Counted from the first letter of the stretch, positions 38,059 to 48,081 are shown. The stretch is 64,000 bases of DNA from Candidatus Wolfebacteria bacterium GW2011_GWE2_44_13 (GCA_001000675.1 LCHW01000001.1:488875-552874), one strand, 5' to 3'. Numbers and translations are program-made. Notes: a model not told the origin generated them from the letters alone.

Positions 38059-40533
38059 ATGAAACGCACTGCTCCTTCTCCCGCACAATCAACTGGGCTT
38101 ACTTCTTCCGAGGCGCGCAAGCGATTGGCGCAATACGGCGACAATACTATCTACAAGAAAAAGCGACTTCGGCCAATTGTTGTGTTCTTAGAGAAATTTA
38201 ATAGCCCGCTTCTTATCATCCTTATTGTTGCAGCTATTATTGCATTCTTTCTTGGAGAGCGCGTTAATTCGATCATTATCCTCCTTATGGTCGTTCTTTC
38301 GGCTATTTTGGATTTTGTAAATTCATACCGATCAGAAAAAGCTGTTTCTCGCCTTACCTCGCGCGTTGCAACCTCTGCCACCGTAGTGCGCGATGGCATA
38401 CCACAGGAAATTGATTTTTCTCTCCTCGTCCCGGGTGATGTTATTTTTCTTTCTGCAGGAGACGTTGTTCCTGCTGATGCAGAAGTCACCCAAGCCGAAG
38501 ACTTCTTTGTGAATCAAGCCACGCTAACGGGAGAATCATTCCCCGTCGAAAAGCACCCCCTTTCCACAACTGACCACCCTATTATTTTTATGGGTACGAG
38601 CGTCGTTACGGGAACAGCAACCGCAACTGTTGTTATGACTGGTTCAATGACTGAATTTGGCAAGATTGCTAAACGACTTAGCCAAGAAGCGCCGGAATCT
38701 AGCTTTGATACAGCCATTAAAAACTTTAGTTATTTCATAATGAAAGTAACTATCGTGCTCGTCCTGCTTGTTTTTCTGATTCATATATTTCTCGGGCATA
38801 CTATGTTTACGACGTTTCTCTTTGCCGTAGCAATTGCCGTAGGTATTACACCCGAGCTCCTCCCTGTTATTATTTCTGTTTCCTTGAGCCGTGGATCCAT
38901 GATCATGGCTAAGAAGGACGTTATCGTAAAACATCTTCCCGCCATTCAAAATTTCGGCAGTATGAATGTTTTATGCACGGATAAAACAGGAACGCTTACT
39001 GAAGACAAGATTGTTATGGTTAACTATCTTGATACCTTTGGCGAAGTTTACGAGCCAATTCTCTTCTATTCATATATCACCACGGCACTCCATTCTGGCA
39101 TTCGCAGTCCGCTCGACACTGCTATCGCAGAGCATAAACAATTTGATATTTCTGCCTATACAAAAATTGACGAGATTCCCTTTGATTTTGAACGCAAGCG
39201 CGGCAGCCTCGTTATCGAACACGATAGCAAGGGTATTCTTGTCACTAAGGGTACTCCTGAAGACGTTCTCTCTATCTCTACTGCGTGCGAACGAAGTGGA
39301 GCGAATTGTGCATTCTCTCCCGATCTTGTGCGCGCTGCGCATGAGCGTTATCAGCAGCTTAGTGCCGAAGGATATCGCGTCCTTGCGGTTGCTACGCGCG
39401 AAATTACACTGACGGAAGAAGTGTACACAAAAGACGCTGAACACGATATGACGTTTCTTGGATTTATTATTTTTCTCGATCCTCCCAAAGCAACTGCCGC
39501 CGAAGCTGTTCGCGATTTGCATGAGCTTGGTGTAGAAATAAAAATCCTTACGGGTGACAGCGACATTCTTACCAAAAAGATTTGTCTTGATATTGGCCTT
39601 CCTGTGCGCGGTATCGTTACGGGAACAGACGTTGCACAAATGAATGATGCAGAGCTTATGCATCGCGCAACCACAACCACTATTTTTGCACGCATTAATC
39701 CTGAGCAAAAGGAACGCATTATTCTTGCGCTTAAACGCGGCGGGGCTGTTGTTGGCTATCTTGGCGACGGCATCAATGACGCACCCGCTCTTCGTGCTGC
39801 TGATGTAAGTATTTCCGTGAACAACGCCGTTGACGTTGCAAAAGAAACGGCAAGTATTATTTTGCTTCGTAAAAGTTTGCGTGCATTGCGCGATGGTGTT
39901 ATCGAGGGCCGTAAAACGTTCCACAACACAACGAAATATATTCTTATGGGGTTGAGCTCTAACTTTGGGAATATGCTCTCCATGACCGCGGTATCGTTGT
40001 TTATTCCGTTTCTTCCTATGCTTCCGGCACAAATTCTCTTGAATAACTTCCTCTATGATTCATCTCAAATTACGCTCCCTACCGATACGGTTGATGCTAC
40101 AGATATTCGCATGCCACCAAAGTGGGATATTCATTTCTTGAAGCGGTTCATGCTTGTCTTTGGACTTATTAGTACGTTCTTCGATTTTATCACGTTTGGC
40201 TTTCTCTTCTTCGTTTTTAAGCTTTCGGAAAGCCAATTTCAAACAGGGTGGTTTATTGAATCCCTTGCAACACAAGTGTTCGTAATTTATATCATCCGCA
40301 CTAAAAAAATTCCGTTTCTCGAAAGCGCGCCAGGGCCACTCCTTTTTGCTACGACTTTCGCCGCCGTTCTTATTGGATGGATTATTCCATTCACCTCCCT
40401 TGGCGATTACTTCCTCTTTGAATCGCTTCCTCTGCAAGTAATTATCGGTATTGTTTCCATCGCGGTTGTATATCTCATTGCCGTTGAATTTGCTAAGCGC
40501 ATATTCTATCGACGTATGGCAGCTACATCATAA
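38059..40533 (+). CDS. cation-transporting P-type ATPase (MgtA/Ca2+-ATPase-like)
   Basis: CTDKTGTLT phosphorylation motif, TGD, and a GDGINDAPAL hinge, with about 10 TM helices. An AGGAG Shine-Dalgarno precedes the ATG at 38059. The long upstream extension in the ORF track is antisense to the NERD gene. Confidence 0.9.
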   Translation: MKRTAPSPAQSTGLTSSEARKRLAQYGDNTIYKKKRLRPIVVFLEKFNSPLLIILIVAAIIAFFLGERVNSIIILLMVVLSAILDFVNSYRSEKAVSRLTSRVATSATVVRDGIPQEIDFSLLVPGDVIFLSAGDVVPADAEVTQAEDFFVNQATLTGESFPVEKHPLSTTDHPIIFMGTSVVTGTATATVVMTGSMTEFGKIAKRLSQEAPESSFDTAIKNFSYFIMKVTIVLVLLVFLIHIFLGHTMFTTFLFAVAIAVGITPELLPVIISVSLSRGSMIMAKKDVIVKHLPAIQNFGSMNVLCTDKTGTLTEDKIVMVNYLDTFGEVYEPILFYSYITTALHSGIRSPLDTAIAEHKQFDISAYTKIDEIPFDFERKRGSLVIEHDSKGILVTKGTPEDVLSISTACERSGANCAFSPDLVRAAHERYQQLSAEGYRVLAVATREITLTEEVYTKDAEHDMTFLGFIIFLDPPKATAAEAVRDLHELGVEIKILTGDSDILTKKICLDIGLPVRGIVTGTDVAQMNDAELMHRATTTTIFARINPEQKERIILALKRGGAVVGYLGDGINDAPALRAADVSISVNNAVDVAKETASIILLRKSLRALRDGVIEGRKTFHNTTKYILMGLSSNFGNMLSMTAVSLFIPFLPMLPAQILLNNFLYDSSQITLPTDTVDATDIRMPPKWDIHFLKRFMLVFGLISTFFDFITFGFLFFVFKLSESQFQTGWFIESLATQVFVIYIIRTKKIPFLESAPGPLLFATTFAAVLIGWIIPFTSLGDYFLFESLPLQVIIGIVSIAVVYLIAVEFAKRIFYRRMAATS

Positions 40534-40539
40534 TGACAT

Positions 40540-40572
40540 TAATAAAAACGTACGCCCTAGGGCGTACGATTT
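40540..40572 (+). terminator. rho-independent terminator
   Basis: aaaaACGTACGCCCtaGGGCGTACGattttatt hairpin. Confidence 0.55.
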
Positions 40573-40584
40573 TATTATTGTGTA

Positions 40585-40794
40585 TTAATTCCACTCCCCT
40601 GCCTCCATGCGCATTTTGATTTCTTCGTTGAGCATTGCAATATGCTTTTTATCATCCTCGAGTATCTGCTTTAGTGCATCCACACTATGACACTGCACTT
40701 TTTCTGCGTCTTCGATATAGTGCTTTTCAAGACGCCACACGGTATCTAACTTTGTATGCAATAACTTTAATAAATCGTAGTTGATGTTTTTCAT
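40585..40794 (-). CDS. small helical hypothetical protein
   Basis: 69-aa ORF immediately downstream of the hemerythrin gene on the same strand. No recognisable domain. Confidence 0.4.
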   Translation of the reverse strand: MKNINYDLLKLLHTKLDTVWRLEKHYIEDAEKVQCHSVDALKQILEDDKKHIAMLNEEIKMRMEAGEWN

Positions 40795-40821
40795 AATTGT
40801 TATATTGATTAGTATGTTTAT

Positions 40822-41229
40822 TTAGCACAACCCATGCTCATGGAAACAATCTACGTATTTTTTATCGGTTTCCATAATATGCCCAATAATCCAGCCTTCT
40901 AGAAATTCGACCATTTCGCTTGCCATTTCCACATCTCCCTCGTGATAGCGGCTTTCAAAGTCTGCAACCGTTGCCGCAAGATCACGATGTCGCTCCTTAT
41001 GATCCTCGGTATATTCGTAGTTGAATTCTTCAAAATACTTTTCCTCGGTGGCAAAGTGGTTTGCGGTATGTGCTACTAGCTTTGCGATAACACCCCCAAT
41101 TTTATGCCCTGTATCTAGTGAGCTAATTGCTTCAAACATTTCGTCTAGCAGGCCAAAAAAATGCTTGTGCTGCTCGTCGATTAATTCCACACCAACGCTA
41201 TATTCATCTGTCCATTTAATATGTGCCAT
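40822..41229 (-). CDS. hemerythrin-like (bacteriohemerythrin) protein
   Basis: His/Glu/Asp spacing (H..H...E...H...H....H..D) of the hemerythrin HHE cation-binding fold. Confidence 0.85.
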   Translation of the reverse strand: MAHIKWTDEYSVGVELIDEQHKHFFGLLDEMFEAISSLDTGHKIGGVIAKLVAHTANHFATEEKYFEEFNYEYTEDHKERHRDLAATVADFESRYHEGDVEMASEMVEFLEGWIIGHIMETDKKYVDCFHEHGLC

Positions 41230-41323
41230 ACCAGTAATTTTATTTAGTATACCATAGGTGCCCTATCCATTGCATCTCTATTATGAATACGCTACCATAT
41301 ACAGCATCACTCTCATTATTATC

Positions 41324-41734
41324 ATGAAACGCACACAAACAAAGCAGCCGTTTACTGTTCGTCGCGCAGCAGCTGGAGCAGGACTTGGCTTGTTCGCAAC
41401 CGCTCCCATCAAAAAAGGGGCTTTCATCATAGAATATACCGGCGAGAAAATAACCAACGCAGAGGCTGATCGCCGCGGTGGTCGCTATCTGTTTAACATC
41501 AATTCTAAGTGGACCCTTGACGGTAAAGAACACCACAATACTGCTCGCTATATCAACCACTCGTGCCAGCCAAATTGTGAATCACGCATTGTCGGCGGTA
41601 AGGTAAAAATTTACGCCACTGAAGAAATAATCCCAGGCGAAGAACTTGCCTATGATTATGGCGAAGAATATTTTGAAGAGTTTCTTAAGCCACACGGATG
41701 CCGCTGCGTAAAGTGTCATCACCCTAAAAAATAA
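41324..41734 (+). CDS. SET-domain protein lysine methyltransferase
   Basis: GLF.T..I.KGAFIIEYTGE, NHSCQPNCE and a post-SET CRCVKCH Cys cluster. Confidence 0.8.
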   Translation: MKRTQTKQPFTVRRAAAGAGLGLFATAPIKKGAFIIEYTGEKITNAEADRRGGRYLFNINSKWTLDGKEHHNTARYINHSCQPNCESRIVGGKVKIYATEEIIPGEELAYDYGEEYFEEFLKPHGCRCVKCHHPKK

Positions 41735-41735
41735 A

Positions 41736-41762
41736 AGACCTATTGGTCTTTTATTTTTTTAC
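41736..41762. terminator. terminator hairpin
   Basis: aaaAGACCtattGGTCTtttatttttt. Confidence 0.5.
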
Positions 41763-42509
41763 CATAATCCCTACCGGACAATGATCTGACCCTCTTACGC
41801 TAGGAAGTATGAACGCTTTTTTAACCCTCGTAGCAAACATCTTTGAAACAAATACGTAGTCGATGCGCCAGCCTAAATTCCTTTCCCGCGCATTCGCAAA
41901 ATAAGGCCACCAAGAATAATTACCTCCTTCTTTATTCTCCGTGCGAAATGTATCCACGAAACCAAGCTTTTCAAGCGCATCAAGCTTCTCGCGTTCTTCT
42001 GGGGTGAACATGATATTCTTCGTGTTTTGTTTTGGACGTGCTAAATCGAGTTCTGTGTGCGCAATATTCAAATCCCCTATCACAATTACATTTTTACCTT
42101 TTAGTTTTTTAAGGTATACCAATAGCGTATCGTATACTTCTAGCTTATATGTAAGGTTTCTTTTATCGCGCGCTCCTTGTGGTATATACAATGCAATCAC
42201 AATAAAATCGTCATAGTCCAATCGCAAAAATCTTCCCTCACAATCAAATCGCTCCATGCCTAGCGTTGTACTCACCTTGCGCGGTATCTGTTTCGTATAT
42301 ACTGCCACGCCCGCATATCCCTTACGCGTTCCGGTATTATAATATGCTGTATACCCCTTAATCACCCGCAGTTCTTCGGGAATTTGCTCTTCCTGTAATT
42401 TTATTTCCTGTAAACAAACAATGTCTGCCTCCTCCTTTTTAAACCACTCCAAAAATCCTTTCTTATGTACTGATCGTAATCCGTTTACATTCCAAGAATA
42501 AATTTTCAT
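41751..42509 (-). CDS. xth: exodeoxyribonuclease III
   Basis: MKIYSWNVNGLRS N-terminus, QE.K catalytic motif and DHCPV C-terminus of the ExoIII/APE family. Start is placed at the first true ATG. Confidence 0.85.
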   Translation of the reverse strand: MKIYSWNVNGLRSVHKKGFLEWFKKEEADIVCLQEIKLQEEQIPEELRVIKGYTAYYNTGTRKGYAGVAVYTKQIPRKVSTTLGMERFDCEGRFLRLDYDDFIVIALYIPQGARDKRNLTYKLEVYDTLLVYLKKLKGKNVIVIGDLNIAHTELDLARPKQNTKNIMFTPEEREKLDALEKLGFVDTFRTENKEGGNYSWWPYFANARERNLGWRIDYVFVSKMFATRVKKAFILPSVRGSDHCPVGIMVKK

Positions 42510-42569
42510 AGATACTTTAGTATACAAAAATAGCCGACATACGGCTATTTTTGTATACGCTTACCGATA

Positions 42570-43976
42570 TTACTTACACTGTCTGCATGCCTCCTGTCCG
42601 CGTGGATCCGGAATCATATCGCAGGATGGCACATTTGTGAACATACCGCAGGATGGTGCTGGCGCAGCCCCTCCTTGTGGCGATACCGCCCCTGTAGGAG
42701 CCGATTGATACCCACCTGCCGCCTCAGGAATCTGCTGTCTGATACTTTCAGGAATTTGTTGTTGTAGCTCTTTTGGTATTTGCTGTTGCAACTCTTTTGG
42801 TATTTGTTGCATCATTTCCTTTGGAATCCCTTGTGGCGCAGATCCTCCTCCATAGCTACCCCCGCCTTCTTGCATCATTTTTGCACGCATAGTTTCCGCA
42901 TATTTTTTCATTGCATCTTCAAAACAAAATTGGATGCTTGTTCCTATTGCTTGTGTTGGCACTATTTCCTTTGCCATAAGCTTGCGATATGTTTCTGCTC
43001 CCATCTTGTTCTCAAAACATGCTTCGACATTTTTTTGCGCCTCCGGATCAATCCCTGCAAGCCCTTGCTGTATTTTTTCCGTGACGTTTTTAATGTTCTC
43101 TTTGTCTTCCTCACTAATCAATCCTTTTTCAATACCAAACTGCACACACTCACTTGCGTGGGCTTGATCATTACAATACGTCGCACATGTTTCTTTTGAT
43201 GTGCATCCTCCAGGGCCCTTCCCGCCGGTTTTCTTCGCTAGCTCGATATCCTCTTTCGTAGCAAGTCCGGCTGCTTCGGCAAAATTTATACATTCATCAA
43301 AATGCTGTTCACTCTTACAATAGCTCTCGCACGATTGTTTTGTTTTACATGCCCCTGGCGTTGTGCCTGCCTTCAAGAACGAAGCAATTTTTCTTGCTTC
43401 CGCTATTTCATTTGCTGGAAGAATGTCTGCTTTTTCCGCAAAAACCAAGCATTCATCAAGGTGGTCCGTAGCTGAACAATATAAGTCACACAACTGTTTG
43501 TCTGTGCATGTTCCTGGCAGCTTTGCTCCGCCCTCTAGTGCCTGTGCAACCTTTTTTGCCTGTGCAAGCTCGGCAGGGGGAAGAATACTAAGCTCTTCTG
43601 CAAACGATACACACGCTTTTATATTTGCTACATTACCTTGGCAGAATTTTTCACATTCCCCGCGCGTTTTGCATTGCCCTGGCGTTTTGCCGGCCACAAT
43701 TCTTTTAATAACGCGCTCTGACTTTTCTATGTCACCCGTACTCAATAATGCGTTCTTTTTTGCAAAATCAATACACGATTGCATATTACCTGTCTGCTCA
43801 CAATATGTTTCGCAATTTTTCTTATCGCTACAGCTCCCTAAGTCTGCTATCGGATATGTTATTTTCCCCAACGCGCTATCTGCGCTTTGCAACTGCGCAA
43901 ATGTTGCTGGGCCAAATAATATGATTCCGCATGCTATAATCCCGGACACACACAGCACTGTTATGGATTTATACAT
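42570..43976 (-). CDS. secreted cysteine-rich repeat protein
   Basis: Signal peptide from the MYKSITVLC start. Six roughly 40-aa repeats with a fixed G.C....C..YC......EC..FA Cys pattern are followed by QQIPKELQQQIP tandem repeats and a C-terminal Cys cluster. Confidence 0.6.
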   Translation of the reverse strand: MYKSITVLCVSGIIACGIILFGPATFAQLQSADSALGKITYPIADLGSCSDKKNCETYCEQTGNMQSCIDFAKKNALLSTGDIEKSERVIKRIVAGKTPGQCKTRGECEKFCQGNVANIKACVSFAEELSILPPAELAQAKKVAQALEGGAKLPGTCTDKQLCDLYCSATDHLDECLVFAEKADILPANEIAEARKIASFLKAGTTPGACKTKQSCESYCKSEQHFDECINFAEAAGLATKEDIELAKKTGGKGPGGCTSKETCATYCNDQAHASECVQFGIEKGLISEEDKENIKNVTEKIQQGLAGIDPEAQKNVEACFENKMGAETYRKLMAKEIVPTQAIGTSIQFCFEDAMKKYAETMRAKMMQEGGGSYGGGSAPQGIPKEMMQQIPKELQQQIPKELQQQIPESIRQQIPEAAGGYQSAPTGAVSPQGGAAPAPSCGMFTNVPSCDMIPDPRGQEACRQCK

Positions 43977-43995
43977 AGTAGAGAATGTTGTTATA

Positions 43996-44232
43996 TTATT
44001 GTTGAGCGAAAGGATTCTCATATCCTTCATACGGACTGACCTTTACATCAAACGGATTTGTTTTTTCAACTGTATCGGAAATCGATGTATTAATCGCTTC
44101 CACAACCGGCGGTATATATTGCTCCTGTTCCGGCACGCTTTCTTTTTTTACCCTCATTGCATAATATACTCCCCCCAGAATCACAAGCACCGCAATAGCA
44201 CCCAACAGTATGTTCCTCTGTTTTGTATTCAT
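43996..44232 (-). CDS. small N-terminally anchored membrane protein
   Basis: 78 aa with one TM helix (LLGAIAVLVILGGVYYA). Confidence 0.4.
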   Translation of the reverse strand: MNTKQRNILLGAIAVLVILGGVYYAMRVKKESVPEQEQYIPPVVEAINTSISDTVEKTNPFDVKVSPYEGYENPFAQQ

Positions 44233-44320
44233 AGATAAAGCATTAGATTATTATGGTTACTCCATTCAGTATACTCCTAAAATCACCTCAACACACAGAA
44301 AAGTTATCCACAGGAGATAT

Positions 44321-44698
44321 TTATTCTTCCGTTTTACGTAACTCAAGACATGCCGAATTAATACAAAACCGCTTTCCTCCTTTTTCACTCGGTCCATCAT
44401 TAAACACATGCCCTAAATGCGCTCCACATGTTTTACAGACAACTTCTGTGCGTTGCATGCCTCCTGCCGTATCTTCTTTTAGTATGACATGCTCTAAATT
44501 TACTGGCTCAGTAAAGCTTGGCCATCCTGTTCCAGAATCAAATTTTGTGTCCGAAGAAAAAAGTTCTGTTCCGCAAATAGTGCATGTGTAGACGCCTTTT
44601 TCATGTGCATCCCAATACTTTCCTGTAAACGGAGCTTCTGTTCCTTTTTCTCGTGCAATGCGACGCACTTCTGGTTCTAATTCTTCATCTTTCTTCAT
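44321..44698 (-). CDS. msrB: peptide methionine (R)-S-oxide reductase MsrB
   Basis: Two CxxC zinc motifs, GWPSF and RTEVVC...HLGHVFNDGP. Confidence 0.9.
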   Translation of the reverse strand: MKKDEELEPEVRRIAREKGTEAPFTGKYWDAHEKGVYTCTICGTELFSSDTKFDSGTGWPSFTEPVNLEHVILKEDTAGGMQRTEVVCKTCGAHLGHVFNDGPSEKGGKRFCINSACLELRKTEE

Positions 44699-44700
44699 CC

Positions 44701-45258
44701 TTATTTTGTATGTGATGTAAGCAGTGCGGCAAACTGCTTTTGTAATTTTTCTAGCTTTTGATCGATAATTGCTTGACAGTAGGGAGCGTCTTTATGTTTT
44801 TCATAATAGCGCTGATGATAATCTTCTGCTTCGTAAAATTCTGTAAACGGTTTTATTTCAGTAATAATAGGATCTGAAAACGAATCCTGAACACTAGTAA
44901 TATATTCTCTCGCCTGTCGTTCTTGCGCTTCGCTTGTGTAGAGAATAATGGAACGATACTGTGTCCCCACATCATTCCCTTGCCTGTTAAGCGTCGTTGG
45001 GTCATGCGTTGCAAAAAACACCGTAAGTAGATCGTTCACCGTAATTATACTTGGATTGAACTCTATCTTTGTCACCTCTGCATGCCCTGTTTCGCCCGAG
45101 CTTACGACATCGTAGGTTGGGTTGTGTGTAGTACCCCCAGCGTAGCCTGGTGTCGCAGAAACGATGCCTTTCAAATTCGCGAATATCGCTTCCGTGCACC
45201 AAAAGCATCCGCCTCCAAATACAATTGTTTCACTTTTTTCTTTTATGATTTTGTCCAT
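44701..45258 (-). CDS. msrA: peptide methionine (S)-S-oxide reductase MsrA
   Basis: GGGCFWCTEAIF active-site motif and GYAGG. Confidence 0.9.
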   Translation of the reverse strand: MDKIIKEKSETIVFGGGCFWCTEAIFANLKGIVSATPGYAGGTTHNPTYDVVSSGETGHAEVTKIEFNPSIITVNDLLTVFFATHDPTTLNRQGNDVGTQYRSIILYTSEAQERQAREYITSVQDSFSDPIITEIKPFTEFYEAEDYHQRYYEKHKDAPYCQAIIDQKLEKLQKQFAALLTSHTK

Positions 45259-45313
45259 AGTGTGTATTACTTTACTTATGCAATAAAAAAGTCACTATGC
45301 AGTGACCTTTTTA

Positions 45314-45691
45314 TTAGCTCATCTTTAATTCTTTTTTAACTGCACGCACAACATCCTCGAGTGTCCAATTTGCCTTCATCAAAAAATAAGAGAAATCGAG
45401 TGGCGCTTTGTGTCTTACTATTTCATCATCAGGGTTAAGATTGGATAAGATAACGACAGGGACTGTCTTGCCCCATGCATCTTGCCGTAATTCATTGATC
45501 ATAGTAATGCCATCCATAATGGGCATCACAATATCAGCTAAGATTAAGTCTGGATGATCCATGAACGCTCGCTCAAGACCCTTCTTTCCATTCTCTGCCG
45601 TAGTCACCGAGAACCCTTCCTGCGAAAACTTTTCCAGAAGCACATTCGCCTCTGCCTTATCGTCTTCTACAATTAAGATTTTTTTATCCAT
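45314..45691 (-). CDS. stand-alone response regulator receiver domain protein
   Basis: MDKKILIVEDD..., a phospho-acceptor Asp in LILADIVMP, and a conserved Lys. There is no output domain. Confidence 0.8.
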   Translation of the reverse strand: MDKKILIVEDDKAEANVLLEKFSQEGFSVTTAENGKKGLERAFMDHPDLILADIVMPIMDGITMINELRQDAWGKTVPVVILSNLNPDDEIVRHKAPLDFSYFLMKANWTLEDVVRAVKKELKMS

Positions 45692-45805
45692 ATTACCTAT
45701 AGTATACCACACAATATTGTTATTTTATATATAATTTGACATATATCCACCTTTGTGACACTCTGTTTTTAGAACCTACCATACCCGAAAGGAGCTATAA
45801 GTATC

Positions 45806-46303
45806 ATGACGAAGAAGGTGCTAAAGGACGTGCAACAAGGCGACCCTGTTATTCGTGTCAGCCACGGCTTCACGTATAGTCAACTCTTCCGCAATAATGG
45901 CACTGTCACCGCAGTTACCGCGTCAGTCATCACCTGCGAAATAGCCGTCGACGTACCCCGTACAATGGAGTTTGATGCTCGCACGGGTATCAATGTGCTG
46001 GGTGCTAATTTCGGATGGATTGAGCTCCCTTGCGACACTAGTGAAGGCGCCCGCCTTACGCGCAATGCTATCGTTCCCCTACTCAATGCAGCGGAGCGTG
46101 CGTTTGTCAGTGGCAGCCCGCAAGAGCACACTCGTATCCAACAGAAACTGGTCGACGGCATCTACGGCATGACGCGTATTCGCCCTACCGAGGGTCCGCT
46201 GTATGAGCGCATGCGGTTACTCGAATCCCTCTTTGCTAAAAAGGGCTACCTGGGTGCTGCCGATGATCTTCCGGATATCTACCTCGATTACATGACTCCT
46301 TAA
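45806..46303 (+). CDS. hypothetical protein (GC-rich ORFan)
   Basis: A GAAAGGAG Shine-Dalgarno precedes the ATG. GC is about 55%. A terminator (CCCTCttcgGAGGGtcattttt) lies at 46312-46335. Confidence 0.55.
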   Translation: MTKKVLKDVQQGDPVIRVSHGFTYSQLFRNNGTVTAVTASVITCEIAVDVPRTMEFDARTGINVLGANFGWIELPCDTSEGARLTRNAIVPLLNAAERAFVSGSPQEHTRIQQKLVDGIYGMTRIRPTEGPLYERMRLLESLFAKKGYLGAADDLPDIYLDYMTP

Positions 46304-46389
46304 CCCTTTCGCGACCCTCTTCGGAGGGTCATTTTTATCCCCCACTATTATTTGCACAAACCGCACAAACATACTATTCTATACGCATT

Positions 46390-46608
46390 ATGGAAAACAC
46401 AACACAACAAACCCCCGAGGGATGGCATGCTGAAGCATGGGAAGCATTCAATGCAAAGATGAAGACGATGTCAAAAGAAGAGCTTATTAAGGCATTTGAG
46501 GATCTCGATCTCGTATTCGAAGAGCCGGAAGAGCTTACTGCTGAAGATGTCATCTCTATTGCCGATGTCTTGTCCGAAGAAGATGTGCGCGCATATTTCA
46601 AAATATAA
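46390..46608 (+). CDS. small acidic hypothetical protein
   Basis: 72 aa, followed by a strong terminator. A degraded paralogous copy lies at 60.0-60.16 kb. Confidence 0.5.
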   Translation: MENTTQQTPEGWHAEAWEAFNAKMKTMSKEELIKAFEDLDLVFEEPEELTAEDVISIADVLSEEDVRAYFKI

Positions 46609-46618
46609 CGTTATATAA

Positions 46619-46648
46619 AATACCCCCGAAATTCGGGGGTATTTTATA
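46619..46648 (+). terminator. rho-independent terminator
   Basis: aaaaTACCCCCGaaatTCGGGGGTAtttta hairpin. Confidence 0.6.
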
Positions 46649-46675
46649 GTGGCTATGAACACGAATATGGAAAGC

Positions 46676-46712
46676 TTAGCTTGTCATTCCCGCGGATGCG
46701 GGAATCCAGAAT
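46676..46712. repeat. REP-like hairpin (single arm: TGTCATTCCCGCGgatGCGGGAATCCAGAATT)
   Basis: Member of the dispersed GTCATTCCCGCG family. Confidence 0.5.
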
Positions 46713-46722
46713 TTTCTATATT

Positions 46723-47121
46723 TTATTCAGTCGTTACTCCATCGAATTCTGCTTCGTTTGCCATTGCATCCTCCTTGGTCGTTCGCACAATGCCATCCTT
46801 GTGATGTGCTGGGGAATAGATCGTGTACAGCTTTAATGCTTCTGTTTCTGATGTATTGATAATATTATGCTCTGCTCCTGCTGGCACAATGATTACTGAA
46901 CCATCAGTAAGTGCGTATTCATTACCATCAATAATACATTTACCACTCCCCTGTTCAAATCGGAAAAACTGATCATTTTCTTCGTGCACTTCCATCCCAA
47001 TATCTTCGTTTGGCTTAAGACTCATCAATACGAGCTGACAATGCTTTCCCGTATAGAGAACTCTTCTAAAATTTTCATTCTCTACCGTTTCTTTTTCGAT
47101 ATTTGCATTAAATCCTTTCAT
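46723..47121 (-). CDS. cupin-domain protein
   Basis: G.HCQLVLMSL...EVHEENDQFF..G.G...IDG....L..G....VPAGAEHNI is the cupin two-motif pattern. Start is placed at the true ATG because the upstream M in the track is a TTG inside a terminator hairpin. Confidence 0.7.
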   Translation of the reverse strand: MKGFNANIEKETVENENFRRVLYTGKHCQLVLMSLKPNEDIGMEVHEENDQFFRFEQGSGKCIIDGNEYALTDGSVIIVPAGAEHNIINTSETEALKLYTIYSPAHHKDGIVRTTKEDAMANEAEFDGVTTE

Positions 47122-47154
47122 GGTTTTTATGTAGTTAGTTTTTATAGCATACAA

Positions 47155-47188
47155 CGCATCTTAAAAAGATGCGTTGTATGTAAATCGT
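47155..47188 (-). terminator. rho-independent terminator
   Basis: CATACAACGCATCTttttaAGATGCGTTGTATG perfect hairpin. Confidence 0.5.
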
Positions 47189-47194
47189 ATTCTT

Positions 47195-47614
47195 TTATTT
47201 GCCCTTTTTCGCTACTTTCTTAACCGCTTTTTTAACTACTGCCTTAACATTCTTTACGCTCTTTACGGCATCCTTTTTTGTTGCTTTTGCAGAGCTATTG
47301 ATCGTTTTCCAGTGCTTTTTAAGATCCTTTGCCAAATCGATGATTTCTTCTGCGCTTGCCTTTCGTCCTTTTGCATAGGTTGCGGCAACGGAATCGATGA
47401 TTTCAGCATATACTGGCTCGCTGATTTCTTTTGCCATTTCAAGCTTTTCTACCACATCACCTTTCATCTTAATTGCCCATGCTTTTGCATGCTTTTGATT
47501 CTTTGCTCCCTTTGGTCCAAAGAAGAAATATGCAGTTGCTGCTAAACCAGCAAGTCCTGCTCCAACGGCTGCCATCTTCACCCCACTTCCTGCGTTCTTT
47601 TTTGCTTTTTTCAT
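47195..47614 (-). CDS. hypothetical protein with Lys/Ala-rich (H1-like) C-terminal tail
   Basis: 139 aa. An N-terminal hydrophobic segment is followed by a KKAVKKVAKKGK-type tail. Confidence 0.5.
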   Translation of the reverse strand: MKKAKKNAGSGVKMAAVGAGLAGLAATAYFFFGPKGAKNQKHAKAWAIKMKGDVVEKLEMAKEISEPVYAEIIDSVAATYAKGRKASAEEIIDLAKDLKKHWKTINSSAKATKKDAVKSVKNVKAVVKKAVKKVAKKGK

Positions 47615-47641
47615 TGTTGTAAATTATTTATTATTTTTTTA

Positions 47642-47908
47642 TTATGTGTCCTTTTTTGTTGCTTTCTTTTTCCTTCGTGCTGGAGGGAAAAACATTCGAA
47701 ACACCAAATTGTCTTCTAGACGCTCTCGTAATTCTTCAACAAATTCTTGCGAATCCGTAAAGCATTCTTTGAGTGTCTCTGAGAGCATATAGAGATTTTT
47801 TCCTGCCTTGATGAGATAAACCACAAGGACAGAAAGTAGAATCGCTAATACGACCGTTGCCACAGATGCAATAAAGAAAAAGATATCTGCTTTTATTAAT
47901 GATTCCAT
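47642..47908 (-). CDS. small single-TM membrane protein
   Basis: The MESLIKADIFFFIASVATVVLAILLSVLVVYLI start is chosen because the longer upstream extension runs into the MITE copy. Confidence 0.4.
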   Translation of the reverse strand: MESLIKADIFFFIASVATVVLAILLSVLVVYLIKAGKNLYMLSETLKECFTDSQEFVEELRERLEDNLVFRMFFPPARRKKKATKKDT

Positions 47909-47981
47909 AGTTCTATTATACCACGCCCCTGTAAAAAACGTAAAGCAATCCCATTTATGCCATCCCCGAGCAGCCATTGCA

Positions 47982-48050
47982 TTTTGTCATTCCCGCGTAG
48001 GCGGGAATCCATCCCCATAATACTGGATCCCCGCCTACGCGGGGATGACA
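47982..48050. repeat. MITE-like 68-bp compound palindrome
   Basis: TGTCATTCCCGCGTAGGCGGGAATCCATCCCCATAATACTGGATCCCCGCCTACGCGGGGATGACA. The two arms are near-perfect reverse complements and each contains its own sub-hairpin. Confidence 0.6.
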
Positions 48051-48081
48051 TGTACACAGCAATGATTAATTGGAAATCGCA

